NCBI GenBank assembly: GCA_002869015.1
Contig: PKTT01000031.1
Span: 95-64,094, forward strand
Direction: 5' to 3'
Length of the DNA stretch: 64,000 nt
From: Deltaproteobacteria bacterium
GTDB lineage: Bacteria > Desulfobacterota > Deferrisomatia > Deferrisomatales > BM512
A program made the translations under genes and the position numbers. The notes under the pieces were generated by a model. That model searched no databases, was not told the origin of the DNA, and saw nothing but the letters and a program-made list of their open reading frames with translations. Positions within the stretch are counted from its first letter, which is position 1. The number at the start of each line of letters is the position of its first letter. This document shows, one piece after another, positions 38,711 through 47,678 of the stretch.

Positions 38711-39426
38711 TTCGACTCCTCAAGGTACTCAATGAAACGTGTCGCAACCCACCCGGCGGCTTGGGCCGCTTCATCGATCTTCCACGAGGAAAGGTCGCGG
38801 GGGCCGACAAGGTTGGAGATGCCCTTGACCTCGGCGAATTCAGCCCCGGAGATGAGGGCGGCGTGCGCCACCGCCGCGCCCTCCATATTCTCAACAATCG
38901 CCCCGTGCGCACGGTAAAGAGCCTCAGCTCGCTCAGCGGTTGACGTTACGGTGGAGGTAGTTAGAAATGGCCCCTTGAGGGTCGGGTAGCGCTCCTCCGA
39001 GAGGGAGGCGATAATATCGGCGTGTGGTGTAGAGACGGGAAATTCGCCCTGCACCGCTTCGCCCGAGGGCGAGATAAAGCGGGGAACTACGAGAGGCCCC
39101 TTGACTTCACCGCGGGAGCTCTCAACTCCCCAATCCTCATCAAGCTCAGAGGTAGCGACGGCGACCCCGCCGGGAGCAAGGCCAGCGCTTGGGAACGCGC
39201 CGCCAACGCCTACGGATAGGATTAGCGCGGGAGCATAATCGTTAAGATAGCTGCCTAGGGCGAAGGCCGCGCTGACCTCGCCTACGCCTGTAACAAGAAA
39301 TTCGAGATTCAGCCTTCCCCTCGCCTTAAGGTCGCGCACCTTTGTTGAAGCGCTCCACTCAAGCTCCAGCTCCGTCGCCCCCACGATAAGGAGGTCGGTC
39401 CTAATCCGTCTCGGGAGGGCGGTCAA
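38707..39426 (-). CDS. mqnB: Futalosine hydrolase (MqnB), PNP/UDP phosphorylase superfamily
   Basis: A nucleoside phosphorylase fold (LLIVGATELE, GVGEVSAA, ENMEGAAVA) with a 4-nt overlap onto mqnD. The apparent start is a TTG overlapping the upstream TGA. Confidence 0.7.
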   Translation of the reverse strand: MTALPRRIRTDLLIVGATELELEWSASTKVRDLKARGRLNLEFLVTGVGEVSAAFALGSYLNDYAPALILSVGVGGAFPSAGLAPGGVAVATSELDEDWGVESSRGEVKGPLVVPRFISPSGEAVQGEFPVSTPHADIIASLSEERYPTLKGPFLTTSTVTSTAERAEALYRAHGAIVENMEGAAVAHAALISGAEFAEVKGISNLVGPRDLSSWKIDEAAQAAGWVATRFIEYLEESK

Positions 39427-39665
39427 GCTATCCGTCTCATCCTGTCGTTGCAGCAGTAAGGGTCAAGATGCTCAGCGCTGCCTGACACCACGGCTACCTC
39501 TGCGCCGCAGTGGGTGCAGTGGTAGACCTCGTGTACCCTTGGTTTGGGGAGCATCGGGGTGTTGCAGCAGTGCGGGTCAAGCTCCTCCGACGCAGCGCCG
39601 ACGACCATCACCTCCGCCCCGCAGACCGGGCACTTGAAGACCCTGCCCATTGTGACCCTCTCCAT
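39423..39665 (-). CDS. Tandem (two-module) desulforedoxin-like Cys4 protein
   Basis: From the ATG at 39665 the protein reads MERVTMGRVFKCPVCGAEVMVVGAASEELDPHCCNTPM...EVYHCTHCGAEVAVVSGSAEHLDPYCCNDRM. This gives two C-x2-C-G...L-x-P-x-C-C modules. The stop overlaps the mqnB start. Confidence 0.6.
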   Translation of the reverse strand: MERVTMGRVFKCPVCGAEVMVVGAASEELDPHCCNTPMLPKPRVHEVYHCTHCGAEVAVVSGSAEHLDPYCCNDRMRRIA

Positions 39666-39853
39666 CAGCTTTTCCCCTCTACGCTCTCCATCAACTTGCC
39701 GTGGCAACGCGGCTCAAGGGTGCCGGTACCGCCGCGCACAACTATGATTACGTTGCCGCACTCCGAGCATTTATAGGTCTTGCCGACATTTATGGACCAG
39801 GCGGATTGCCACTCGTCTGCGTTCCATTCAGGTCCTGAGAAATTCGAGTCCAT
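39665..39853 (-). CDS. Single desulforedoxin-like module protein (C-x2-C...C-H variant)
   Basis: TYKCSECGNVIIVVRGGTGTLEPRCHGKLM. The stop, TGA, overlaps the ATG of the next gene (TGATG). Confidence 0.55.
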   Translation of the reverse strand: MDSNFSGPEWNADEWQSAWSINVGKTYKCSECGNVIIVVRGGTGTLEPRCHGKLMESVEGKS

Positions 39854-39976
39854 TGTCTACCTCCCTAAAAGATATTGGTCACTACCCGAAAGATACCATG
39901 CGACCTCCCCGTTTTCCATATCCAAAGGGGCGTTGACTCTGGAAAATATCTTTTAAAAAAGGTATCTTACCCCACT

Positions 39977-40999
39977 ATGACTATATCCATCCGTGAACGC
40001 CTTGAGGGCGAAGAGGCGAAGGAGCTGCACCCCCTGGCGGCGCGTTCGGTTAACACGCGCGGCAGGGAGCGTGGCGAAGAGGAGTGCTCGATCCGGCTGG
40101 CCTACCAGGTGGACCGCGACAGGATCCTCCACTCCAAGTCTTTCAGGAGGCTCAGCCAAAAGACCCAGGTCTTCCTCGCCCCCGCCGGAGACCACTACCG
40201 TAACCGCCTCACCCACACCCTTGAAGTAAGCCAGATAGCGAGAACGATCTCACGCGCCTTAGGCCTAAACGAGTACCTGACTGAGGCGATATCCCTCGGC
40301 CACGACCTGGGGCACACACCCTTCGGCCATGCGGGAGAAGCGGTCCTAAACAGACTCTCCCCAAGCGGTTTCCACCACGCAAAGCAGTCGCTAAGGGTCG
40401 TCGAGCGCCTTGAGCGCGGCGGCGCGGGCCTTAACCTTACCGCCGAGGTGAGGGAGGGAATCGCGGGGCATTCAAAGGGCAAGGGTAAAATCCTCAGCCC
40501 CCTGAAGACCCTGGAAGCGCAGGTAGTCCGTGTAGCGGACCTCATCGCCTACCTGAACCACGATCTGGATGATGCGCTGCGCGCGGGGATAATTACCCCC
40601 GGCGAGGTTCCCGCTCCTGTCAGAGCGCACCTGGGGGAGACACATGGTTCGCGGATATCGGCGATCGTGGAGAATACGATCTCCGAGACGATTTCGGCGG
40701 AGCTGGAGTCAATTGTCATATCGGCCGATATGAATGATATTCTGGTCGAGTTCAGGGAGTTCCTGTACCATCGGGTTTACGACAACCCGGAAGTTCACGG
40801 CGACTTCATAAAAGCCACCAAGTTACTGGAAGAGCTCTACCGTCATTATAAGGAAAACCCCGAGGAGTTGCCTGAGGATGACAGGAGCGATGCCCCTGTG
40901 GATGTACAGGTCTCAGACTTCATCGCGGGGATGACGGATAGGTATGCGCTGTCGCTATACAATACGATTTTCATGCCAAGGCCCTGGAAAGTGTTGTAG
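39977..40999 (+). CDS. dgt: dGTP triphosphohydrolase-like HD-domain protein
   Basis: Contains FQVDRDRILHSKSFRRL, RLTHTLEV and GHDLGHTPFGH. I preferred the ATG at 39977 (MTISIRERL). Confidence 0.85.
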   Translation: MTISIRERLEGEEAKELHPLAARSVNTRGRERGEEECSIRLAYQVDRDRILHSKSFRRLSQKTQVFLAPAGDHYRNRLTHTLEVSQIARTISRALGLNEYLTEAISLGHDLGHTPFGHAGEAVLNRLSPSGFHHAKQSLRVVERLERGGAGLNLTAEVREGIAGHSKGKGKILSPLKTLEAQVVRVADLIAYLNHDLDDALRAGIITPGEVPAPVRAHLGETHGSRISAIVENTISETISAELESIVISADMNDILVEFREFLYHRVYDNPEVHGDFIKATKLLEELYRHYKENPEELPEDDRSDAPVDVQVSDFIAGMTDRYALSLYNTIFMPRPWKVL

Positions 41000-41065
41000 A
41001 ATTCCGGGTTGTGCCTCTGTCGGGCAATGTAAAATATGTAGAGGGAACGTGAGGGGAGTAAAAAT

Positions 41066-43486
41066 ATGACGAAGCGTCTGCTCATCCTGGACCCGGAGGG
41101 GGTATTTTCCGCCATCGCCAACGCGGCGGCGAGATCCGCCGGGTGGGACTCGCAGCACATCGACAACCCCGAGGAAGCGTTAAAAGCGCTCTCCTCAGAG
41201 ACATTTGGCGCGCTACTTCTGGCGGTGGATATCAAAGGGGGCACCTCCGCAGACTTTTTAAAGGAGGTCCGCCAGATACCCGGACGTTCCCTGCTCGACG
41301 TTATCTTCCTTGGCGAATTCAAAGACTTTGGACGCCGCACACACAGCCTTCCCCTCCCCCTTCCGGCCGCTGACCTCTCCTCCCTCTTAAAGAGCCTTGA
41401 CGTTAAGCCTGGTGAGCTGAACCTTGAGATGGACGCCTTTGAGGAGGCGATGTTCCGCATCACCGGTGAAGAGGAGGCAAAGGAGACGGAGGAAGAAGCC
41501 GCGAAGATCGAAGAGGAGCGCGTGCCTGATAAGCTGGAGCTCTCCGAGGACGCTATCGAAGAGATGGGCGCTCTCAAAGAGGAGCAAGCACCTGTCGAAG
41601 TGCCCTCTCCTATCGAGGAGGAGGAAGACACCTCCGAAGTAGCAAATGATGAAGAACCCTCCGAAGTAGCGCCTGAAGAGCTTCCCGAGGAGACCTTAAC
41701 TGAGGAGGTCTCCCCAGCAGTAGAGGAAGAGGCACCCTCGCGCTCGGATAAGATACTCTTCCTTGAAGAGGGGTGGATACTCACTGACAAGGGCGGCGAT
41801 TTCGACCTCTTTGCGTTCCGTGTCGACAAGGACGAGGTTGACGGAGCATATAAAGAGCCTGCCTTTGGCCTCGCAGAGACCTCAGAGCCCAGTGAGGATG
41901 AGAAGCTGGAAGCTGCTCTCCAAACGATTGAGGAGGAGGTCGATGAGGATGAAGCCTTAAAGGCTCTGGATGAGAAGGCCGAGGAGGCTGAGCTGACCTC
42001 TGAGGAGCCTCAGGAGCAAGATCTCTCTCAGGATGCTCCTCCGGCGGAAGTGGAGGAGGAGCCCTCTTACGAAGATGAGAAAGCCGATGCAGTTGAGAGC
42101 GCGGCTGCTTTATTTGCGAGCGATGAAGTAGAAGAGGATGAGAACAAGCGGCTGGAGGAGGCATTCCTCTCACTCGCCCTCGCCGAGGAGGGGGAAGCGG
42201 ACCTTCCCGATGAAGATACCGATAGCGGTCGTGGAGAAGAGGCTGCGCTCCCGGTGGTTGAGGAGGAGCTTAAGCCCGCCGAGGAGACGATCCCCGAATC
42301 TGAGCCGGTCTCATTCCTTGAAGATAGCGTAGCCGAGGAGGAACTCCTTCCCCAGGAGGAGTTGCCCTCTGAGGATGAGGAGACACTGGACCTTTCCGCC
42401 CCCGGTGAAGAGGAGCCTCAAGCCCTTGAGGTGACAGAAGAGCTCCCGGTTATCGAGGAGGAGCTTAAACCCGCCGAGGCGACGATCCCCGAATCCGAGC
42501 CGATCTCATTCCTTGAAGATAGCGTAGCGGAGGAGGAGCTCCTTCCCCAGGAGGAGTTGCCCGCCGAGGATGAGGAGACACTGGACCTTTCCGCCGCCGG
42601 TGATGAGGAGCCGCAGACCCTTGAGGTGACAGAAGAGCTCCCGGTGGCCGAGGAGGAGCTTAAGCCCGCCGAGGAGACCACACTCGAATCCGAGCCGGTC
42701 TCATTCCTTGAAGATAGCGTAGCTGAAGAGGAGCTCCTCCTTGAAGAGGCGCCCGGCGACTCCGAAGAGTTGGACGATGGGCAAAATTTTGAAGAATTTG
42801 CTCAGGAATCGGAATCCCTGAAACTTGAGGAAACCTTCCAGTCACTCACCGCTGAATTCAACGAGGCAGATAGCGAAGAGACCCCGGAAGAGCTCTCCGA
42901 GGAGGAGGAGCTTGAGGCGGCTGACGCCCTTGCTACGGAGCTCGTAAAAGCCCCTGATGATGACATCTTCGCCGCGTTGGACGACGCCATGGACGCCTTT
43001 GAGGAGGCGGGTAAAGAAGCTATAGCAGAAAGCACCCCTGATGAAGGGGCGGATTCGGATGACCCCTTCGACCTCGGCATTGAGTTTGACGAGGGCGAGG
43101 AGCTCTTCACCGAGCCTATCAGGGAGTCTAAAGAGGTTGAGCTTGAAGCCGAGGATATGCCGGCACCCTTCCCCGACGACGACCCCTTCGCGGCAGAGTT
43201 GGCGCTGGAGTTCCACGATTCGACTCACCGGGATTTAATCGATTTTAGCTTTGACCGCGCCGAGAGCGAGGTCGGCATAACCGCCACGCAGCTTGCGCCG
43301 GATTTTGAGAAGCTAAAGGCTGATGAGAACCTTCCCGAGTTGGAAAGCCTCCACCCCGCCCCTGAAACCCAGTCGATAATACCTGAAACGGACCTTGATG
43401 ATTCATGGGCGGTATCCCCGGAGGAGGATGACTCCTTCGAGCTTGACTTCGAATCCTACTTTGACAAGTTCGAGCGAGAGGATTAG
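41066..43486 (+). CDS. Receiver-like N-terminal domain followed by a roughly 700-aa extremely acidic, repeat-containing low-complexity region
   Basis: The N-terminus (KRLLILDPEG...ALLLAVDIKGG...VIFLGE) resembles a CheY-like fold. The rest is E/D/P/L-rich and holds three 65-aa repeats. Confidence 0.7.
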   Translation: MTKRLLILDPEGVFSAIANAAARSAGWDSQHIDNPEEALKALSSETFGALLLAVDIKGGTSADFLKEVRQIPGRSLLDVIFLGEFKDFGRRTHSLPLPLPAADLSSLLKSLDVKPGELNLEMDAFEEAMFRITGEEEAKETEEEAAKIEEERVPDKLELSEDAIEEMGALKEEQAPVEVPSPIEEEEDTSEVANDEEPSEVAPEELPEETLTEEVSPAVEEEAPSRSDKILFLEEGWILTDKGGDFDLFAFRVDKDEVDGAYKEPAFGLAETSEPSEDEKLEAALQTIEEEVDEDEALKALDEKAEEAELTSEEPQEQDLSQDAPPAEVEEEPSYEDEKADAVESAAALFASDEVEEDENKRLEEAFLSLALAEEGEADLPDEDTDSGRGEEAALPVVEEELKPAEETIPESEPVSFLEDSVAEEELLPQEELPSEDEETLDLSAPGEEEPQALEVTEELPVIEEELKPAEATIPESEPISFLEDSVAEEELLPQEELPAEDEETLDLSAAGDEEPQTLEVTEELPVAEEELKPAEETTLESEPVSFLEDSVAEEELLLEEAPGDSEELDDGQNFEEFAQESESLKLEETFQSLTAEFNEADSEETPEELSEEEELEAADALATELVKAPDDDIFAALDDAMDAFEEAGKEAIAESTPDEGADSDDPFDLGIEFDEGEELFTEPIRESKEVELEAEDMPAPFPDDDPFAAELALEFHDSTHRDLIDFSFDRAESEVGITATQLAPDFEKLKADENLPELESLHPAPETQSIIPETDLDDSWAVSPEEDDSFELDFESYFDKFERED
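42248..42750 (+). repeat. In-frame tandem repeat with a 195-bp (65-codon) period and about 2.6 copies
   Basis: Copies start at 42248, 42443 and 42638 (CTCCCGGT...GAGGAGGAGCTTAA[G/A]CCCGCCGAGG...). Copies 1 and 2 differ at only scattered positions. Copy 3 diverges after about 105 nt. Confidence 0.85.
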
Positions 43487-43538
43487 CCGGGCAGGCAAGA
43501 GAAAACTTGAAAATCCAGTTGGCGGTACGTACACTTTC

Positions 43539-43590
43539 AGCCCGGCTTTAAAGCCGGGCTAGCTGTTGGGGCAAGCCCCAACCCTTTTAG
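43539..43590 (+). terminator. Two consecutive GC-rich hairpins downstream of the acidic-protein gene; likely a terminator
   Basis: A perfect 22-nt palindrome (AGCCCGGCTTTAAAGCCGGGCT) is followed by GTTGGGGC-AA-GCCCCAAC and then CCTTTT. Confidence 0.55.
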
Positions 43591-43656
43591 GTGGAGGTCT
43601 CCTGATTACTCCGCCGCCGCGCTTTACAGATAACCAAAATTTGCTTTGAGGATAAA

Positions 43657-46320
43657 ATGTCTAAGATAGAGGGCACCTACTCCCCCCAAGAGTTCGAGGA
43701 AAAGTGGTACGATGAGTGGACTCAAAAGGGCTATTTCCATGCCGATCCCCATTCGGACAAGCCGCCCTTCTCCATAGTGATACCGCCGCCCAACGTAACC
43801 GGCATCCTCCACATGGGTCACGCCCTTAACAACACCCTTCAGGACGTCATGACCCGCTACAAAAGGATGGATGGCTACGAGGCGCTGTGGATGCCTGGCA
43901 CCGACCACGCGGGGATAGCGACCCAAAACGTAGTCGAGCGCAAGCTCGCCGCAGAGGGCCTTACACGCGAAGACCTGGGCCGCGACAATTTCATTGAGCG
44001 GGTATGGGAGTGGCGTAAGGAGTACGGCGGCACCATAATACGCCAGCTTAAAAAGCTGGGGGCCTCCTGCGACTGGGACCGCGAGCGCTTCACGATGGAT
44101 GAAGGGCTCTCCCGCGCCGTCAGAGAGGTCTTCTGCACCCTCTACGAAGAGGGGCTGATTTACAAGGGAAGCTACATCATCAACTGGTGCCCACGCTGCC
44201 ACACCGCGCTTGCCGACGATGAAGTAGAGCACAAGGACTCCAAAGGCAACCTCTGGCACCTCCGCTATCCGCTTGAGGATGGCTCAGGCTACATCGACGT
44301 GGCGACCACACGCCCGGAGACGATGCTTGGCGACACGGCGGTAGCTGTCCACCCTGAGGATGAGCGGTATAAAGACCTCATCGGCAAAAACCTCATCCTC
44401 CCCGTGATGAACCGACGCATACCAATAATCGCCGATGCCTTTGTAGACCCCACCTTCGGCTCCGGCGCGGTCAAGGTTACCCCCGCCCACGACCCCAATG
44501 ATTTCGAGATGGGCTTAAGGCACAGCCTACCCACCATCCGAGTCATCGGTGAAAATGGGCAGATGACTGAGGAGGCAGGCAAATACGCAGGACTGGACCG
44601 CTACGAGGCGCGTAAGGCGCTCGTCGCCGACCTCGAAGAGGCGGGCACCCTCATCAAAATTGACGACCACGACCACGCGGTGGGTGGCTGCTACAGATGC
44701 CAGACGGTTATCGAGCCCTTAATCTCCGAGCAGTGGTTTGTTAAGGTCAAACCCCTGGCCGCCAAGGCGGTCGAGGCGGTTGAGCAGGGCGACACGAAGA
44801 TCGTCCCCGACCACTGGAAAAAAACCTATTACCACTGGATGGAGAACATTCGCGATTGGTGCATCTCCCGCCAGATATGGTGGGGCCACAGAATCCCAGC
44901 CTTCACCTGCGACGCTTGCGGTGAGATGAGCGTCTCCCGCGAAGATATAGACACCTGCCCCAAGTGCGGCGCCTCCGGCCTGCGCCAAGAGGATGACGTG
45001 CTGGATACGTGGTTCTCTTCCGCGCTCTGGCCCTTCTCCACTATGGGCTGGCCCGAGGAGACGGCGGAGGTCTCAAAATTCTACCCGACGAGCCTTCTCG
45101 TCACCGGCTTTGACATCCTCTTCTTCTGGGTCGCCCGGATGATGATGATGGGCCTATGGTTCAGAAAAGAGGTCCCCTTCAAAGATGTCTACCTCCATGC
45201 CCTACTCAGAGATGAGCAGGGCCGGAAGATGTCAAAGTCGCTTGGCAACTCCCTGGACCCGCTGGAGCTGATTGAGGAGTTCGGCGCGGACGTCATGCGC
45301 TTCACCCTCGTCGCCTTCGCGGCGCAGGGACGCGACATACGCCTCTCCAAGCCCCGCTTCGAGGGGTATCTACGTTTTGCCAACAAGATATGGAACGCTG
45401 CGCGCTTTGCCTTTATGAACCTAGAAGATTTCGACGAGGCCGCACCGGAGATTCCACTTGCCGAGAGGTCTTCAGCGGACAGGTGGATAATCGGGCGCCT
45501 TTCGGAGGCCGCTAAGGGAGTCCGCGAGGCGCTGGACGACTACCGCTTCAATGACGCGGCGGGGCAGATATACAAATTTCTCTGGCATGAGTTCTGCGAC
45601 TGGTACGTTGAGATGTCAAAGCGCCCGCTCTACGGCGACGACCCCAAGGCCAAGCTTGCGGCGCAGCAGACCATAATAACCGTCTTCGATGCCACCATGC
45701 GCCTGCTCCACCCCTTCATGCCCTTCCTCTCCGAGGAGCTTTGGCAGAAGCTCCCCTTCCCCGCCTACATGGGGCCGCGTGAGGAGTCGCTGGTCATCGC
45801 CGTCTTCCCCAAGGCGGAGGAGATTCCAACGGACAAGGGCGCCGTTGAGCGTGTAGATATGGTCAAAGAGGTTGTGAGCGCTGTAAGAAACGTGCGCGGC
45901 GAGATGCGCCTTCCCCCCTCGAAAAAGCTCACCGCGATTATACAGTGCAGTGACAAGGAGCGTTCACTCCTTCTTGACGAGCGCGACTTTATGATGGCGC
46001 TGGCGCTGGCCGAGAGCGTCGAGTTCATCGCCCCCGGCGAGCCAAAGCCCAAGCAGGCCGCCGCAGCGGTTGCGGGCGGGCTTGAAATATTCGTCCCCCT
46101 CGCAGGGCTTGTTGACCTGGAGGAGGAGGAGCGACGCCTCAATAAAGAGATAGACAAGCTGGCCGCCGACCTCTCCAAGGTCGAGGGAAAGCTCGGCAAC
46201 CCCAACTTCGTCGACAGGGCCCCCGCCGAGGTGGTTGAGAAGGAGCGCGAGCGGGCAGCCGAGCTGAATGAAGCGATTGATAAACTCAAAGCGGGGCTCG
46301 CCCGCATCAAGGGAGAGTAG
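43657..46320 (+). CDS. valS: Valine--tRNA ligase
   Basis: Contains PPPNVTGILHMGH (HIGH) and KMSKS, with a C-terminal coiled coil. The length is 887 aa. Confidence 0.97.
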   Translation: MSKIEGTYSPQEFEEKWYDEWTQKGYFHADPHSDKPPFSIVIPPPNVTGILHMGHALNNTLQDVMTRYKRMDGYEALWMPGTDHAGIATQNVVERKLAAEGLTREDLGRDNFIERVWEWRKEYGGTIIRQLKKLGASCDWDRERFTMDEGLSRAVREVFCTLYEEGLIYKGSYIINWCPRCHTALADDEVEHKDSKGNLWHLRYPLEDGSGYIDVATTRPETMLGDTAVAVHPEDERYKDLIGKNLILPVMNRRIPIIADAFVDPTFGSGAVKVTPAHDPNDFEMGLRHSLPTIRVIGENGQMTEEAGKYAGLDRYEARKALVADLEEAGTLIKIDDHDHAVGGCYRCQTVIEPLISEQWFVKVKPLAAKAVEAVEQGDTKIVPDHWKKTYYHWMENIRDWCISRQIWWGHRIPAFTCDACGEMSVSREDIDTCPKCGASGLRQEDDVLDTWFSSALWPFSTMGWPEETAEVSKFYPTSLLVTGFDILFFWVARMMMMGLWFRKEVPFKDVYLHALLRDEQGRKMSKSLGNSLDPLELIEEFGADVMRFTLVAFAAQGRDIRLSKPRFEGYLRFANKIWNAARFAFMNLEDFDEAAPEIPLAERSSADRWIIGRLSEAAKGVREALDDYRFNDAAGQIYKFLWHEFCDWYVEMSKRPLYGDDPKAKLAAQQTIITVFDATMRLLHPFMPFLSEELWQKLPFPAYMGPREESLVIAVFPKAEEIPTDKGAVERVDMVKEVVSAVRNVRGEMRLPPSKKLTAIIQCSDKERSLLLDERDFMMALALAESVEFIAPGEPKPKQAAAAVAGGLEIFVPLAGLVDLEEEERRLNKEIDKLAADLSKVEGKLGNPNFVDRAPAEVVEKERERAAELNEAIDKLKAGLARIKGE

Positions 46321-47163
46321 ATGGAATACCCCCGCTTTGAAGGCGACCGCGTAATCAATGCGGCTCTTGCGGAAGATGTAGGCCTCGGGGACATTACGAC
46401 CCTCTCCACAGTGCCGGGGGAGGAGCGGAGCGCCGCCCACCTTGTAGCAAAGGAGGAGCTACTCCTAGCCGGGCTGCCAGCTTTTTTCAGGGTATTCGCG
46501 CTGCTCGACCCCGACGATCCGGTGGTCTGGGAGAGCACCTTCAAAGATGGCGACAGGGTCCAGGCGGGAGAGACTATCGCCGTTGGCAAGGGCTCCTCAA
46601 GGACGCTGCTCACCGGCGAGCGCACCGCGCTGAACATTCTCCAGCGCCTAAGCGGAATAGCGACGATGACCGCCGATTGGGCCTCCGAGCTCGCCGGGAC
46701 GAAGACTCGCCTCATCGATACGCGAAAGACCACGCCGGGGCTCCGCGCCCTTGAAAAATACGCGGTACGGGTAGGCGGCGGAGCTAACCACCGCATCGGC
46801 CTCTTCGATGGGGTGCTCATAAAGGAGAACCACATCCGCGCCGCGGGCTCCATAGCCAAAGCGGTCGCCTCAGCGAAAAAGCGCGCTCCTCACACCCTCA
46901 AGGTAGAGGTCGAGGTAACTAACCTGGAAGAGCTGAAAAGCGCTATTGAAGCTGGCGCGGACGCTGTGCTCCTCGACAATATGGATAACGCAACCCTCGC
47001 CGAAGCGGCGCTGGTATCCAATGGACGGCTGATACTTGAAGCCTCCGGCAACATGTCGAAGGAGCGTCTGGCCTCCGTGGCGCAGACGGGGGTCGACCTA
47101 ATTTCAGCAGGCGCGCTGACCCACTCCGCCCCCTCGGTGGACCTCTCCCTGCTCTTTAAGTAA
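46321..47163 (+). CDS. nadC: Nicotinate-nucleotide pyrophosphorylase (quinolinate phosphoribosyltransferase)
   Basis: Contains DITT, ERTALNILQRLSGIAT, DTRKTTPGLR and GGGxNHR motifs. The start abuts the valS stop. Confidence 0.9.
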   Translation: MEYPRFEGDRVINAALAEDVGLGDITTLSTVPGEERSAAHLVAKEELLLAGLPAFFRVFALLDPDDPVVWESTFKDGDRVQAGETIAVGKGSSRTLLTGERTALNILQRLSGIATMTADWASELAGTKTRLIDTRKTTPGLRALEKYAVRVGGGANHRIGLFDGVLIKENHIRAAGSIAKAVASAKKRAPHTLKVEVEVTNLEELKSAIEAGADAVLLDNMDNATLAEAALVSNGRLILEASGNMSKERLASVAQTGVDLISAGALTHSAPSVDLSLLFK

Positions 47164-47170
47164 CCGACAG

Positions 47171-47677
47171 ATGTTTCTCAACGAGGAGGAAATATTTTTC
47201 GAGGTTCCCCTATCGCCTCAGTCGGAGGAGTATCTGGATACGCTTGTGCCCCTTAAGGCGGGGCTCTATCTGGACCCCGGCGTCGTAGAGGAGTGGTCCT
47301 GCGACCCGAAGCGTTGCCGCCCCGCGCTGGGCAGAAACCTCTGCTGCAAGGTTGAGCTTAGGTGCGCCCACCTTGACTCGGAGGGGCTCTGTAAAATCCA
47401 CAGGGACAAGCCTTTTTGCTGTGACCTCTTCCCCCTGGAGCTGCTTCACATCGGCAACGCCCGCTGCGTAGTCTCCGCGAAGGACCCCTTCCTCTACCAG
47501 ATGAATTGGAGCCGCTTCGACCGCGACATGCTGCGCTGCTTCGATGGTGAGGTAAGGGAGGGGCGGCCTATCTTCGAGGTGGCGCTGCCGCTCCTTGAAG
47601 AGGTGCTTACCGCTTCGGAGGTCGCGGTGCTAAAGCGTGGCTATCAAAAACTCCTGGCTTCAGAATCGGCCGCCTGA
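47171..47677 (+). CDS. YkgJ-family (UPF0153) Cys-cluster protein
   Basis: Shows the C-x-n-C...CC...C...CC-x2-FP pattern (CRPALGRNLCC...GLCKIHRDKPFCCDLFP). Confidence 0.75.
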   Translation: MFLNEEEIFFEVPLSPQSEEYLDTLVPLKAGLYLDPGVVEEWSCDPKRCRPALGRNLCCKVELRCAHLDSEGLCKIHRDKPFCCDLFPLELLHIGNARCVVSAKDPFLYQMNWSRFDRDMLRCFDGEVREGRPIFEVALPLLEEVLTASEVAVLKRGYQKLLASESAA

Positions 47678-47678
47678 C

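Noticed and set aside
40846-41829. A 327-aa Ser-rich ORF on the minus strand, opposite the acidic-protein gene.
   Set aside because: It is the antisense reading of GAG/GAA/GAC-rich codons, which gives CTC/TTC/GTC and hence Ser/Leu/Phe runs. It has no start context and no domain, and it is fully embedded in a far better-supported gene. The same reasoning rejects 59587..60153 and 58186..58857 (antisense to rne) and 42802..43228.
42248-42750. The tandem 195-bp repeats considered as a possible CRISPR-like or satellite array.
   Set aside because: The repeats are contiguous with no spacers, they keep the reading frame (65 codons each), and they lie inside a continuous ORF. This is a protein-coding tandem duplication, not a CRISPR array. 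I saw no repeat-spacer architecture anywhere in the window.
43487-43656. A possible T-box or attenuator leader upstream of valS (GGTGGAGGTCTCC after two hairpins).
   Set aside because: The segment matches only GGUGG of the T-box core (AANNNGGGUGGNACCGCG). It lacks a specifier-loop/antiterminator arrangement that I can trace. The hairpins are better explained as the terminator of the upstream gene.
45765-46859. A 364-aa minus-strand ORF spanning the valS/nadC junction.
   Set aside because: It has the Arg/Ser/Ala/Pro-rich composition typical of antisense frames in high-GC DNA. It overlaps two genes with unambiguous motifs (KMSKS in valS; NadC motifs). The same applies to 43624..44259, 3009..3719, 6555..7268, 9858..10463, 11073..11666, 18845..19435, 19502..20029 and 28758..29384.
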